From contig CAWBNQ010000006.1 in NCBI GenBank assembly GCA_963790205.1, positions 32,001 to 96,000 of the forward strand: a stretch of 64,000 bases of DNA. The letters run 5' to 3'. Of this stretch, positions 52,111 through 62,798 are shown one piece after another. How positions within the stretch are numbered: position 1 is the stretch's first letter; every line of letters starts with the position of its first letter. Origin of the DNA: Nitrospirota bacterium. Lineage in GTDB: Bacteria; Nitrospirota; UBA9217. The notes under the pieces are model-generated. The model ran no database searches, was not told where the DNA came from, and saw only the letters and a program-made list of their open reading frames with translations. Made by a program: the position numbers and the translations under genes.

Positions 52111-53956
52111 GGCCGACCTCCGCGTGCGCGAGGGGGATCCGTATGCCGACGCGCGTGCCGAGGCCGGGCATGGAACAGAGCTCGAACTTTCCTCCGATCA
52201 GGAGCACCCGCTCTCTCATCCCGAGGAGGCCGAGTCCCCGGCGGTCTTTGACGTCACGCGATCCCGGCGTGAACAGCAGGCCGAGGTCAAACCCTTCCCC
52301 GTCATCTTCGATGTCGACGGTTACGATATTGTCCTCGATCCTGAAGCGAACGAAAACATTTTCCGCATGGGCATGTCTCGCAATGTTCATGACGGCCTCC
52401 TGCACAATTCTGAACAGCGTGATTTCAACCTCGGGACGGAACCGTTTGTCGGAGACCCCTGCGGAGTTGATGAAGTAGTTGACGTTGTTCTCCGCGAGAT
52501 GCAGGTCAAGGAGCGATTTGACCGCCGCGGCAAGCCCGAGGTCGTCGAGCAGCGTCGGTCTCAGGTTTTGGACGATGCCGAGCACGCCGTCCCAGGCGTT
52601 TACGACGATGCCGCGAAGTGTGTCGATCGTCTCCAGGGTGGCTTCCCCGGGATGAAGCCGGCACAGGTCGATGCGCATGAGCGCAGCAGACAGTTCCTGG
52701 AGCGTATCGTCGTGCAACTCGCGCGCGATCCGCTTCCGCTCGTCCTCCTGGCTGGAGATGACCTTTTTTAACAGCTCCTCGGCCTTCCGCTGGCTTGCGT
52801 TGATCTGCCGCGTCCGCTCTTCAACGCGTGTCTCGAGCTCCTGGGTGTGGCGGTTGATGCTTTCCCTGGATTCGACGAGTTTTCCGCGCATGGATTCGAA
52901 ACTCTGGCTCAAGGTCCCGATCTCGTCGCTCCCCTGCGGCGCTACCGGCTTTGAAAGCTCCCCCCGCGCAATGCGGTCCGTTCCGCGTATCAGCTCCTTC
53001 AGCGGGTCAACGATACTGCGGCTTATTCCTATCGTGAGAATGAACGCCGTCCCGATGAATATGACGGCAAGGGTCGCGAACGTCCCTATCAGCTTGCGGG
53101 CAGGCGCAAAAATGTCTTCCCGCGGCTCCTGGATCGAGATGCCCCAGGGCGCCATTTCGAGGGGGGCGAAGGCCAGGATCATGTCCCTTTTATCGCTTGC
53201 GTTGTTGGCGCTATGGCAATGATGGCACCTTGCAACGCGCTCTTTTTTTTGGGAGATGAGGGTGGTGAAAAAATTGTTCCGGTTGTACTGGGTCAACGTA
53301 TGCGAGGGGTCCGACGACGAGATGACGACGCCGTTCGAGTCGACGATGTCGATAAAGTTTTTTTTGCCCGTGTCGATCAATCCCAGCATCCGGGTCAGGG
53401 AGGGGTTCGTCGGATCTATCTCTCCGCCGACGATGCCGACGTCGTTGCCGCTCTTGTCCTTCAGCGGCACCAGCACGAAGAGCACCTTTTTTCGTGACGG
53501 TTCGATGGTGTAAATGCTGGAGACCACCGGCCGCCCCTGGGCGAGTATCCTGCCGATGGGCTCGATGCTCGTGACGTTGATGGCCGCGTCCCTGATCCTT
53601 TCCGGATAATTCAGGATTATATTGCCGTGCTTGTCCAGAAGAAAAATACCGTCGGTGAAGATGGAGTACCGGTAGGCCGTTCTGAGGGCGTCGCGCTCCG
53701 GGCCGAAATCATCGTCAGTCAGATCGATCTTGCCGGAAAGCGACAGGTCGTAGAGCCTGCTGATGTTGTCTTTTATGATATTGTCGATATTGTTCCTGAT
53801 GAGGTGGGCCAGGTCCAGCTTCCTGTTCAGGGACTCCTCGATGTTCTTCTGGATGATATAGTAACTCGCGATGCCGAGGGTCAGAAGGATGATGGCTATC
53901 CCCGTCATGATGGTCAGGGTAATCCTCTTGCGCAGGCTTCCTTTTCGTTCGACCAT
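52103..53956 (-). CDS. HisKA_3 sensor kinase with Cache-like periplasmic domain containing CxxCH, plus HAMP
   Basis: Two TMs; RCHHCH; ERKRIARELHD, DDGEGF and GLGLLGMRER motifs. Confidence 0.9.
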   Translation of the reverse strand: MVERKGSLRKRITLTIMTGIAIILLTLGIASYYIIQKNIEESLNRKLDLAHLIRNNIDNIIKDNISRLYDLSLSGKIDLTDDDFGPERDALRTAYRYSIFTDGIFLLDKHGNIILNYPERIRDAAINVTSIEPIGRILAQGRPVVSSIYTIEPSRKKVLFVLVPLKDKSGNDVGIVGGEIDPTNPSLTRMLGLIDTGKKNFIDIVDSNGVVISSSDPSHTLTQYNRNNFFTTLISQKKERVARCHHCHSANNASDKRDMILAFAPLEMAPWGISIQEPREDIFAPARKLIGTFATLAVIFIGTAFILTIGISRSIVDPLKELIRGTDRIARGELSKPVAPQGSDEIGTLSQSFESMRGKLVESRESINRHTQELETRVEERTRQINASQRKAEELLKKVISSQEDERKRIARELHDDTLQELSAALMRIDLCRLHPGEATLETIDTLRGIVVNAWDGVLGIVQNLRPTLLDDLGLAAAVKSLLDLHLAENNVNYFINSAGVSDKRFRPEVEITLFRIVQEAVMNIARHAHAENVFVRFRIEDNIVTVDIEDDGEGFDLGLLFTPGSRDVKDRRGLGLLGMRERVLLIGGKFELCSMPGLGTRVGIRIPLAHAEVGHA

Positions 53957-54016
53957 ACTCAAGTATATACCAAGGAGCGCAAAAATGTAAGATGGGAGGC
54001 AATATTAGTCGGGGTA

Positions 54017-54769
54017 TCAGCCCCGGCGGCGGACCTCTTCGACCTCCGCTTCACGCTCACGGATTGCATCTTTCTGCATTTGTGTGCGGATCTCTTCGGG
54101 AGTACGATCCTCGATCCTGGCAAGTTCGTGGAGATGTTCACGGACCATGCGGTCCCTCGGTATATACCCGGTAAAAATGCTGACGTTCAGGGGAAAAACC
54201 TCCGGGCTGAAAATAGCGTTATAAATGTGCCATCCTGCAATAATAAGCAATACGACCAGGGCCTCCTCCGAGTGCAGCACCTTGGCGAGGGGCACGAGCT
54301 CGCCGGTCATGAACCGGGTAAAGAACACGGGCTGCCAGAGGACGGCGCCGGAGCCCATCATCATAAGGCCGCCGGTAAGAATGCCCCAGTACTCGAATTT
54401 CTGGGTGTAATTGTATTTGCCGCTTGCGGCGGGAAAATTTTCAATTCCCAAATAGTACTTGATATTATGCACGGCGCTCGTAAAATCGTTCTTCGTGATG
54501 ATGATGGAAGGCTGCCATTTTCTGATGATGGTTCCGTAGATGGCGGCGGCGATGTGGACGACGGCCGCGATTGAAAAGAGAAGACCGGCACCGCGGTGTA
54601 TGATCCGCGCATTATCGATTCCGCCGAGCTTGAGTATGAACCAGATCGAGATATCGGAGGAATAAAATTTTTGAGACAAGCCGGTCGCAACCAGAACGCA
54701 AAAGGTCACGATCTGTACCAGGTGCTCTATGATGCGGGCTGTGCTGAATCTGCGGTATGTGTCCTTCAT
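54017..54769 (-). CDS. Cytochrome b (FdnI-like) membrane subunit
   Basis: EH..ATGL, IIHR, KY..QKFEYW, LH..EA and WHIY motifs. Confidence 0.85.
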   Translation of the reverse strand: MKDTYRRFSTARIIEHLVQIVTFCVLVATGLSQKFYSSDISIWFILKLGGIDNARIIHRGAGLLFSIAAVVHIAAAIYGTIIRKWQPSIIITKNDFTSAVHNIKYYLGIENFPAASGKYNYTQKFEYWGILTGGLMMMGSGAVLWQPVFFTRFMTGELVPLAKVLHSEEALVVLLIIAGWHIYNAIFSPEVFPLNVSIFTGYIPRDRMVREHLHELARIEDRTPEEIRTQMQKDAIREREAEVEEVRRRG

Positions 54770-54798
54770 GGTCACTCTCCTTCGATTTCCGGCTCCGT

Positions 54799-56247
54799 TT
54801 ACCGGTTGATGGCATAGCGCCAGATGTGCAAAAGGATCTGGAGCACCAGTCCGATGATCATGATGGGGATGAATATTTTAAAGACCATTCCGGCGATGAA
54901 TACGAGCGGCGCGCGGGTAAGGCTCGGCTCGTAATGGGAGAGCCAGGTGTCGGGAAAACGCTCGTTCGCGTCAGGATGGCACGTTTGGCAGCGTTTCAAC
55001 AGATTCTTCTTTACGATGGTCGCATCGGGCCCCACGGTGCTTGTTATATTATGCCTCCCGTGGCAATCGGTGCAGACGGCGATCGGTTTTCCTAGTTTAT
55101 AATTTTCTCCCCGCTGTATTTTATAAAGCCCCAGGGTAACTCCGTGAAAATCCGACAAATAGGTTTTTACGACGTCCGTCGAGAGCCCGTATTTTCCGAC
55201 GATCTCTTTCTTCGCATGACAGTTGCTGCACATCTCGGGGATCCGCTCGCGGTAATCCAGGGAAAAAGGGTCCAGGATGGTGTGCGCCGTATGGCAGTCC
55301 GCGCACACCGGCACGTCCTGGTTGTGCTCATTGAACAGGGCGTTGCCGTGAACGCTTTTCGCATAGACGTCGTATTCCTTCGAGTGACAGCGCTGGCAGC
55401 GCTTTGCGCTGGCGGCCCGTTCCCTGCCCACGCGCGCGATTTCGTGAGAGCCGTGGCAGTCGATGCAGACCGGCGCGTTCATCTGTCCCTGGCTGAGGAT
55501 CGCATAGTGGATGCTTTCGAGCGTCTTGGTGTATTTGTCGAAGTGGCAGCGTCTGCAGCTTTCCGAGGAAGCCAGCGTGAAATCCCTGGCGGTCCTGAAG
55601 TTTCTTTGCGGGTGCTCGTCCGAAGAAAAGCCGAAGTGGCAGTCCGAGCAGTCGAGCTTCCCGTGTACGGACGTCTTCAGCAGCAGGATGTCAACCTGCA
55701 TTGCCCGGCGCTCGCCGTTTTTAAAGCGCAGCGTCGTTCGGCGCTCATGGCACCGCATGCAGTACTGCTCCTCGCTCGCCGGAGCGCCTTTCCCCGATAT
55801 GCGGACGATCGCATGGGAACCGTGGCAATTGGTGCATACCAGCGCCTTTCCCTGTTGCTCTTCCGCGAGCAGCTCGGCGTGGACGGAGCCTTTTTTTATC
55901 TGCTCGTCCGTATGGCAGCGCCTGCATATCAGGGCGGATTTAATGCGATATTGCGCTTTGCTCTTGAACGTTCTTGCCGGATGTTTCCCGTCAGCAAAAT
56001 CGGCATGGCAGGCTGAGCAAGCCAGCGAACCGTGAACAGACCCCTTGAATTTACCGGGGTCCACGGAGGCTGCCTGGGTCTCATTGTTTCGAAAGGACAT
56101 GCTGAGCCCCGGCTTTGCGTGGCAGCCCAGGCAATGCCGGATCTCTCCGGAAGAGGGAAATTGTTCCGACCCGGCCAGGATGGGCAGGAGGAGGACCAGG
56201 ATGAAAAACAGGGCCGCTGCAAACAGTTTTGCTCTCATTCCTCTCAT
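54799..56247 (-). CDS. Multiheme cytochrome c (13 CxxCH) with C-terminal TM anchor
   Basis: 13 CxxCH motifs counted; signal peptide. Confidence 0.92.
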   Translation of the reverse strand: MRGMRAKLFAAALFFILVLLLPILAGSEQFPSSGEIRHCLGCHAKPGLSMSFRNNETQAASVDPGKFKGSVHGSLACSACHADFADGKHPARTFKSKAQYRIKSALICRRCHTDEQIKKGSVHAELLAEEQQGKALVCTNCHGSHAIVRISGKGAPASEEQYCMRCHERRTTLRFKNGERRAMQVDILLLKTSVHGKLDCSDCHFGFSSDEHPQRNFRTARDFTLASSESCRRCHFDKYTKTLESIHYAILSQGQMNAPVCIDCHGSHEIARVGRERAASAKRCQRCHSKEYDVYAKSVHGNALFNEHNQDVPVCADCHTAHTILDPFSLDYRERIPEMCSNCHAKKEIVGKYGLSTDVVKTYLSDFHGVTLGLYKIQRGENYKLGKPIAVCTDCHGRHNITSTVGPDATIVKKNLLKRCQTCHPDANERFPDTWLSHYEPSLTRAPLVFIAGMVFKIFIPIMIIGLVLQILLHIWRYAINR

Positions 56248-56397
56248 GGCGAAGCCCTCTCAAAGTGCGGGGTCTTCCTGACGGGCGGCGTCAAGCCGGG
56301 ACACGGGCGGCGGGGCATGATTGTTCCCAAAGCCGCGGCAGGCCGGACGCCACCGTCAAGAAGGGTGCCCCTTGGATGACGGCTTTTCAATACCAGC

Positions 56398-57651
56398 CTA
56401 ATGAGTCTCCCGGTAATCCGGGTGAGCGTGAAGCACGGGCATACGGTTCAAGATCCACCGGAAAAGCAGGATGTGGATCGTCGCGATCGCCATAACAACG
56501 GCGGCTTCCTTCCAGGGCGGAATGATGTGGTGGAGATGATGCGGAAGCTGCCAGTTCAATGCGATGATCGAGACATTGATCCTGTTGACGATGATCCCGA
56601 AAACAGCATAGAAGCCCGCAAACCGCACCGCAGCGACGCTCTGCTTCTTAACGCCGTAGGTGAACAGGAGCGCTGGGGCCAGGACGAAGCCCAAAAGCTC
56701 GACGAGGAACCAGTATCCGTAGGGAGTGTTCAGGTAATGCCAGTTGTCGTCATGGGCGATGCCGATGATCTTGAATACGAAGTATACATACATACCCACG
56801 GCGGCGCCCTGCCCCAGGCCGAGCGTCAGCTTGGGAAGGCTCTCGAGGAACTCGCTGTCGCACCTTTTTTTCAGGAACCGGGCCGCGAGGGTGCTCACCA
56901 TGATCACCATAGCAAGGGCCGCGTAGACGCTCGAGCTGAGGAAGAACACCGGGAGGTAGGAACTGTACCACAGCGGGTGCAGTTTCCCCGGGACCAACAG
57001 GTACATGGCGCCGAGTGCGGACTGGTGGAGCGTCGAGAGAATGATGCCGGCAATGGTCATGCCGATCGTGAGCATCACCGCCCATCTGCGCACCCTCTGT
57101 GACTTGAGCCATTCCAGTATGGCGGGGCTGAATTCAACGAACTGGACCGTCAGGTACGTGGCCACATGCCATGCCACCAGGAACAGCACCGATTGCGTGC
57201 CGAACCCGATCATCATGGGGTAGTAGATCCTCCACGGTCTGCCCAGGTCTACGAGCAGATAGATCACCGCGAAGAGGTAGCCCAGGAAGCCGGTCAGGAC
57301 GCCCAGCCTTAACAGCGGATGGTATCTCTTAAACCCGAAAATGTAATATGCCGTCGCCATGATAAAACCCGTGGCCGAAAGCGGCACCCCGCCGAAAAGC
57401 CCCCAGCCGAGGTACAGTCCCCAGGGGTATTCGTTCGAAGCATGAGTGGCGAATGCAAGTCCGTAATAGAACCGGAGCGCCAAAATGGGCAGTCCGACGC
57501 TCAGGATGATCGCAGCGACGATGTTGAAGGGAGTGAGCAGGCTCCGGAAGTAGTCGGGCCAGGTCATGCCCATCAGCAGTTTTCCCATGAACCAGGAGCG
57601 AAACTCCACCGGGGCCGCCTCCGGCCTTTTCATGACAATGTCCGTATTCAT
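56398..57651 (-). CDS. NrfD/HybB/HmcC-family membrane subunit
   Basis: YPWG, DLGRPWR and LHQSALG..KLHPLW motifs. Confidence 0.9.
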   Translation of the reverse strand: MNTDIVMKRPEAAPVEFRSWFMGKLLMGMTWPDYFRSLLTPFNIVAAIILSVGLPILALRFYYGLAFATHASNEYPWGLYLGWGLFGGVPLSATGFIMATAYYIFGFKRYHPLLRLGVLTGFLGYLFAVIYLLVDLGRPWRIYYPMMIGFGTQSVLFLVAWHVATYLTVQFVEFSPAILEWLKSQRVRRWAVMLTIGMTIAGIILSTLHQSALGAMYLLVPGKLHPLWYSSYLPVFFLSSSVYAALAMVIMVSTLAARFLKKRCDSEFLESLPKLTLGLGQGAAVGMYVYFVFKIIGIAHDDNWHYLNTPYGYWFLVELLGFVLAPALLFTYGVKKQSVAAVRFAGFYAVFGIIVNRINVSIIALNWQLPHHLHHIIPPWKEAAVVMAIATIHILLFRWILNRMPVLHAHPDYRETH

Positions 57652-58673
57652 TTTTTCACCTCCTCTTTTTTCTCCTCTTTTTTCTCCGCGCTTTTGTTTT
57701 CCTCATCGATCGCGTCCCGGTGACGCAAGGCCGCGTAGATGGTCCCGAACAGGGCGGGCCATGCCGTCAGCACGATGGGGACCGCCCCGAGGAACCCTTT
57801 CGTTTCTTCGATAAGCGGTTTTTTGGGAAGATTGGTCGGGAAGCCGAGCTGCTCGAAGGGAACGCCCGCGATGTACATCCAGTTCGTCCCGCCGACTTCG
57901 TTCTCTCCGTAAATGTGGTCTACATACTGGCCGGGATTGTCCGCTATCTTCTTCCGGGCGAGCTTCAGCAGGTCCTCGCGCTTTCCGAAGGTGAGCGCTC
58001 CCGTGGGACAGGCTTCCGCGCACGCGGTGATCTTGCCCTCCTTGATCCGGGAATAGCACATGGTGCACTTCTGGATCCGCGGCTCCAGGGCGCTCCAGTA
58101 ATCGTAGGCCGGGATACCAAAGGGACAGGCGGTCATGCAGTACCGGCACCCGAAGCAGAGGTCCGGGTTGTACGTGACCGGGCCTTCCGGGGTCTTGGTA
58201 TACGCGTGGATCGGACAGGACGTAAGACAGGCCGGCTCCTTACAGTGGTTGCATTGGACCTTGCGGTAGATAGGCTTGCTCTTGTCCTTGGGGTTTTCAT
58301 ACCGGTTGACCACGGTGTACGCCTTTTGCGTGGGCATCCTCGTTTCTTCGAATACCGAGCTGTCGTCAAAAGGCTTGTCCGGCGCGGGCAGCTTGTTTGC
58401 CTCATTGCAGGCCTTTTCGCAGCTTCGGCATCCGACGCAGGCCGTCAGATCGGTCAGGACCCCATAGCTGTTCGGCCATCCGGAAAAGTCCGCGGACGCC
58501 CGCGCCACCCCCTGCGTGCCGACCAGGGTCACGCCGGTGATCGTTGCGACGGTCCCCAGGAATGCCCGTCTGTTCATTCCCTTGGTTTCCTGCCGCTCAG
58601 GACCGTCCCCGCCGGTTTTCTCCCCAACGGTTTCATCCTTCTTCTTGACGGGTTCATTCGGATTATGGTTCAT
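57648..58673 (-). CDS. Tat-exported 4Fe-4S ferredoxin (HybA/HmcB-like)
   Basis: NRRAFL Tat motif; CVGCRSC, CNHC..C, CFGCRYC and CTMC..CP motifs; C-terminal TM. Confidence 0.9.
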   Translation of the reverse strand: MNHNPNEPVKKKDETVGEKTGGDGPERQETKGMNRRAFLGTVATITGVTLVGTQGVARASADFSGWPNSYGVLTDLTACVGCRSCEKACNEANKLPAPDKPFDDSSVFEETRMPTQKAYTVVNRYENPKDKSKPIYRKVQCNHCKEPACLTSCPIHAYTKTPEGPVTYNPDLCFGCRYCMTACPFGIPAYDYWSALEPRIQKCTMCYSRIKEGKITACAEACPTGALTFGKREDLLKLARKKIADNPGQYVDHIYGENEVGGTNWMYIAGVPFEQLGFPTNLPKKPLIEETKGFLGAVPIVLTAWPALFGTIYAALRHRDAIDEENKSAEKKEEKKEEVKK

Positions 58674-58717
58674 ACCGTTCTCCTTTGATGAAGTATTTTC
58701 CTTCCCCGCATCCCCCG

Positions 58718-59182
58718 CTATTTCCGTGCGTCCTGAGCGACGTTGCCGGTCTTTCTGGCATGGCATAGCTCCGTGCAGCCCTTGGGGTCCGTGCCGATGT
58801 CGCCCATGCCGCGATGACACTTGAAACACTGGCGGTGGTACGCGGTCTTGAGGCCGGGCATGGAGGCGTTGTCGCGGTCAAAGGTGCTGTGACAGTTTTT
58901 GCAGGGCATAAAGCTGTGGGTGACCGAATTCTTAAATGTTTCCGGGGACAACTTATGACACTGCTTGCACGGCAGCCCGTCACCCACGCTGTGCTCGTGA
59001 TGACAGGCAGCGCAACTGCCCGCGAGGGAGACATGTTTCGGGTGATCGAACTTCACCGGGGTGTAGGCATCCTTGATGCTGTCCAGGATGCGCACCCCCG
59101 GCGCATCCGCCGCAGCGCCGATGAGCGCCGCGGCGAGAAGGCAAAAGCTTATGACCACGGTGATGCCGAGTATTTTTCTCAT
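58718..59182 (-). CDS. Class III cytochrome c3-like protein
   Basis: FDH..H; CAACHH, CKQCH, CKNCH, CFKCH plus an atypical CTELCH. Confidence 0.88.
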   Translation of the reverse strand: MRKILGITVVISFCLLAAALIGAAADAPGVRILDSIKDAYTPVKFDHPKHVSLAGSCAACHHEHSVGDGLPCKQCHKLSPETFKNSVTHSFMPCKNCHSTFDRDNASMPGLKTAYHRQCFKCHRGMGDIGTDPKGCTELCHARKTGNVAQDARK

Positions 59183-59221
59183 TGATCCGTCCTTTCATCG
59201 AATATGCATCGGCAGAAGGCG

Positions 59222-59638
59222 TTATTTCTTCGCGTTCTTGCCTGCGTTGGCCTCTGTCTGCTTCTTTTGTTTGCCCGTGAAATAGGCTTCCATGGGCCGC
59301 CATTCAAAGGACACGTCCCTGCCCAGGAGCGTGGACACGCCCTTGACGAGCAGGTTCACGGCCTCGGACAACAATACAAAGAAGAAACCGACGGGCAGCA
59401 TGACGATATACGCCAGCCCGATGAACGGGGCGGCGGCTATCTTGCCGGCGAACTTCATGGTGTCCCGATAGCCGTTCTGTTTGAGGTGCTCAAGGTCCTC
59501 CTTGCCGGCGCTGACGACCGTGGCGAACGGCCGGGGCTTCAGGATCTCCCAGAACAGGAGAAATCCTCCGATGAACAGGATCGATAATATGTATTCAATT
59601 CCTTTTACCCGGGTTATGAAATCTACGAGTGTATGCAT
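59222..59638 (-). CDS. Small membrane protein, HmcD-like N-terminus
   Basis: MHTLVDFITRVKGIEY..FW; position in the operon. Confidence 0.65.
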   Translation of the reverse strand: MHTLVDFITRVKGIEYILSILFIGGFLLFWEILKPRPFATVVSAGKEDLEHLKQNGYRDTMKFAGKIAAAPFIGLAYIVMLPVGFFFVLLSEAVNLLVKGVSTLLGRDVSFEWRPMEAYFTGKQKKQTEANAGKNAKK

Positions 59639-59740
59639 GGTGTTCCTCCTTTGTGCCGGCGGCGCTGACGCCGCCGGGCAGGGTGAGTACGGTTCGCTTC
59701 GGCACACGAGGACCGCCCATCCGCCCATCCGCTTCGGCGG

Positions 59741-60085
59741 CTACTTCGCATCTTTTTTGTCCTTTTTCTTTTTCCCGGCGAGGTACGCCGTTCTCGGCCT
59801 CCATCCGAAGGAAAGGCTTTTTCCGATCAGATTGAAGACTCCGCCGACAGCCTTCCGTCCTGCAACGGCCGCCACGGTGGCGATCCCGATGAACGGAAGG
59901 AGTACGACGTACAGCAGGCCGATGACCGGCCCCGCGAGCAGCATGAAGCCCGCGGAGATCCTGAGATAGGTCGACGAATTGCCTCCGCTCAGAATTGCCT
60001 CGTCTGCCACGTCGATCCGCTGTCCGCTCGACAGTTCCCAGTACGTGCCCTTTTCAACCTTGTTTCCGCCTTTGTACGTTAGCAT
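59741..60085 (-). CDS. Small membrane protein, first gene of the cytochrome operon
   Basis: YKGG..V..GTYW N-terminus; TM; AGGAGG RBS. Confidence 0.7.
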   Translation of the reverse strand: MLTYKGGNKVEKGTYWELSSGQRIDVADEAILSGGNSSTYLRISAGFMLLAGPVIGLLYVVLLPFIGIATVAAVAGRKAVGGVFNLIGKSLSFGWRPRTAYLAGKKKKDKKDAK

Positions 60086-60393
60086 GATTTGTCACCTCCT
60101 TTCTTATTGTTGATTCGTTTATAGCACGGGCCGCGTCATTTGGAAATTGGATGAAGTGCCTATTCGGATAGGTATTATGTCTTAGTGTGGCGCACGGGAA
60201 CGGCGTTGAAAATCTTATACTAAAGTTGCAGACGAGGTTTGATGGGAAGAGCGCACTTTTGGATGGTTCCGCGATGGTAAGAAAAGCAGGGGGATGATTC
60301 ATTCAGTTGTTGCTTGAAACAACGGCGATGGAGCTTGTTGAAGGGAAGGTCTTGACGCCGAAACTGCGGAGAGCGCGGCGTTTTAAGAGCCTA

Positions 60394-60927
60394 TCAGCGA
60401 AGCATGCTGCCGGCGATCTTGGTCAACTCAAAGGGCGCGGCCTTCATGAACGCCGTGACGGTGTAAGGCCCTTCTTTCCAGGTTATCCCGCTGCAGGGCT
60501 CGTTCTTTGCGCACTCTCCGACAACGAGTACGGCATTCCGTCCTTTCATGATAAAGGGAACTGTTTCTTTGATGGCGGTTAAAGCGATCGCACGTCCGGC
60601 CGGGAACGCTCCGCCCTGGGACTGGGAAAGCACGAGGACGATCTCACCGCTGCCCGCATCTTTGAACTCCATGACAACGGCGGGAAAGGGCCTGCCCTGG
60701 GCCAGGATCTCCGACGGCGGCCAGACGATGTGCTGCGGGAAATAGGACGGCACATAAATATCACGAATGTTCAGGGAGGTCCTGACCTCCTCGATACTCC
60801 GGTATCGTCTGAGGGTGTCCTTCTGAAAGGCCATGGGGACCCAGTTCATGACTGCCAGAAGGACGACGAGCGCCCCGATGGCAAGGGCAAAAGAGAGAAA
60901 GCCGGCGGTTCTGTTCATCGTTCTCAT
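60394..60927 (-). CDS. Membrane-anchored hypothetical protein
   Basis: N-terminal TM; VPSYFP motif; GGGGAG RBS. Confidence 0.65.
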   Translation of the reverse strand: MRTMNRTAGFLSFALAIGALVVLLAVMNWVPMAFQKDTLRRYRSIEEVRTSLNIRDIYVPSYFPQHIVWPPSEILAQGRPFPAVVMEFKDAGSGEIVLVLSQSQGGAFPAGRAIALTAIKETVPFIMKGRNAVLVVGECAKNEPCSGITWKEGPYTVTAFMKAAPFELTKIAGSMLR

Positions 60928-60945
60928 GGTCTCCCCCTTGTACTG

Positions 60946-61119
60946 CTTAGACCCATTGTTGTACCATCTCGCTTGGGTCAGAAGCGTAGACGCTTTGTCG
61001 TACCCTCGCACGAAGAAGCATGCGAGGGGAATCAATGACCGCAGAGACGGGAATCAAGGGTAATGCTTAGACCCATTGTCTTACCATCTCGCTGAGAATC
61101 GCGAGACGGGAATCAAGGG
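60946..61119. repeat. Tandem and nested copies of the 54-bp hairpin element
   Basis: Copy 60946-61060 with a variant nested at about 60985-61035; further copy 61066-61119. Confidence 0.8.
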
Positions 61120-61121
61120 TG

Positions 61122-62108
61122 TCAAACGACAAAGTAGTTCAGGACCGTAATGACCAGCAGCGTGATCACGAAGAGCGCCATTCCGCTTTCCCGGGTGCGC
61201 GGCGCTCCGCGCTCAAGCCTTGTGATCCTGCTTTCCAGATGCAGATTATGGCTGTATTCTTCGAGCGGGACTGCCGGGATCTTTCGTTCGTCCGTTTCGA
61301 GGCGCGCCTCAGGCTTGTGATAAAATTTCCCGAGCGCCCCGGCGAGCGCCTTCGGGTTCCCCGTCAGGGAAACGGCGATGTCGTCGCATATCTTTTCTTC
61401 ATCCCTGACAGCGCGCCTGAACTTAACGAGCACCGCGGGATTAAAGAACAGAACGGCCCGAAGGACGAACACCGCGATCAGAAGGGGGCGCCTGCTTCGC
61501 GCGATGTGGGCGAGCTCATGCGCCAGGGCCGCATGCAGCTCGTCTTCCGTCAGCGTTTCCCTGAGGCCCGCGGATATGAAGATGACGGGGTCCCGCCCCG
61601 TCGACGAGAAGAGCACGGGCTCGTCCTCGTCGAGGATGAGGACCTCCGGCGCTTCCAGGGACAGGGCTTTGGAGGCCTTTTCCACGAACGGTTCCGGCGC
61701 GCACTGCGTCCCGTCGTGCTCGGCGTTTCCCGACTCCAGTGTATGCTTGACGACCGGGATGGTCTCCTGGAACAGGAACACCAGGGACGTGGCAATGAGC
61801 ACGATGAGGAACAGCAGGCCGAGCGGCACGGCCCCCCCGATTTCCCAGTTGAGCCATCGGTTCACGTCGAAGAGCGCGTCCAGTCTGAACTGCGCCGAAG
61901 ACCTTTCTGCGTTGATCGCCTGATACAGGGGAAAAGAAAAGATCGGGAAGATAACGGCGATGAGGTGAAAGCGCTGCTGCACCGCGGGATCGTCGATCTT
62001 CCACGCTTTCACTGCGCGCTCGGTGATGACGGCCGCAATAAGAGAGTGGCAGAACGACTGGGCCACGTACATGCCGGCGTAGGAATTGAAGAACGTCGAT
62101 ATACTCAT
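61122..62108 (-). CDS. M56/M48-family (BlaR1-like) membrane zinc metallopeptidase
   Basis: AHELAH, FFNP, E..CD and ALAGAL motifs. Confidence 0.85.
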   Translation of the reverse strand: MSISTFFNSYAGMYVAQSFCHSLIAAVITERAVKAWKIDDPAVQQRFHLIAVIFPIFSFPLYQAINAERSSAQFRLDALFDVNRWLNWEIGGAVPLGLLFLIVLIATSLVFLFQETIPVVKHTLESGNAEHDGTQCAPEPFVEKASKALSLEAPEVLILDEDEPVLFSSTGRDPVIFISAGLRETLTEDELHAALAHELAHIARSRRPLLIAVFVLRAVLFFNPAVLVKFRRAVRDEEKICDDIAVSLTGNPKALAGALGKFYHKPEARLETDERKIPAVPLEEYSHNLHLESRITRLERGAPRTRESGMALFVITLLVITVLNYFVV

Positions 62109-62715
62109 AGCTCGGGAAACGCGGTACCTGCCCGGGTCAGCCGCTTCGCTCCGCCGCAGGGAGCGCCAGGCTGCTTTGCCCCGGTTCTACGGCTCATACA
62201 CGGCTCCGCAACGCTTTGGCTCCGCGCGCGCTGCCCTGGTTGATGTGTCATCATCTCGCGGCTTGCGGCGCGTTTTCCGCGCCTGTGCTCAGCGGTTGCC
62301 CTGCCGAGCAGTCACGGAACGCGGAAGGGAACTGGGACGCTCCTCTTCGCGGGAGGGAATTGCGGATATTATAGCGGAATAAGACATCCGTTGCCACAAA
62401 AAGATTATGCCGCGGTACTGTCGCATTCGCGTAAACACTCATAAGCGCTGGGTGCAGGCTCGTAAACGCTGGGCGCAGGCAGAGGGCACCGGGGAATACC
62501 GGGGTAAAACCCAAACGCGTTGAGTCTTATCAATAAGATGCTCTTGCTCTCGTGGTTTAATGACAAGACAAAGCAAACGGGGCTGGTAATAAAAAGAGCG
62601 CAGAAGGGGAGGGAGGACAGGGAGGAAGTTACCTCCCTGCATTCAAGACCTTCTCTGTGGTTAATTTTTGACATTACGCATGCCGCTGCGGGAAGCAACG
62701 CATGAAGAACTTCTA

Positions 62716-62744
62716 TTGACATGCTTTACCGCGCCCTATATTAT
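62716..62744 (+). promoter_or_regulatory. Sigma70-type promoter
   Basis: TTGACA-17 nt-TATTAT upstream of the TPR gene. Confidence 0.55.
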
Positions 62745-62798
62745 AGAGCCAGTACGGACCATCGTACGATGATGCGCCAAACGGGGCGGTACCGTATC

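Noticed and set aside
60946..61119. CRISPR array or tRNA
   Set aside because: No regular repeat-spacer periodicity, no cas genes, and no cloverleaf
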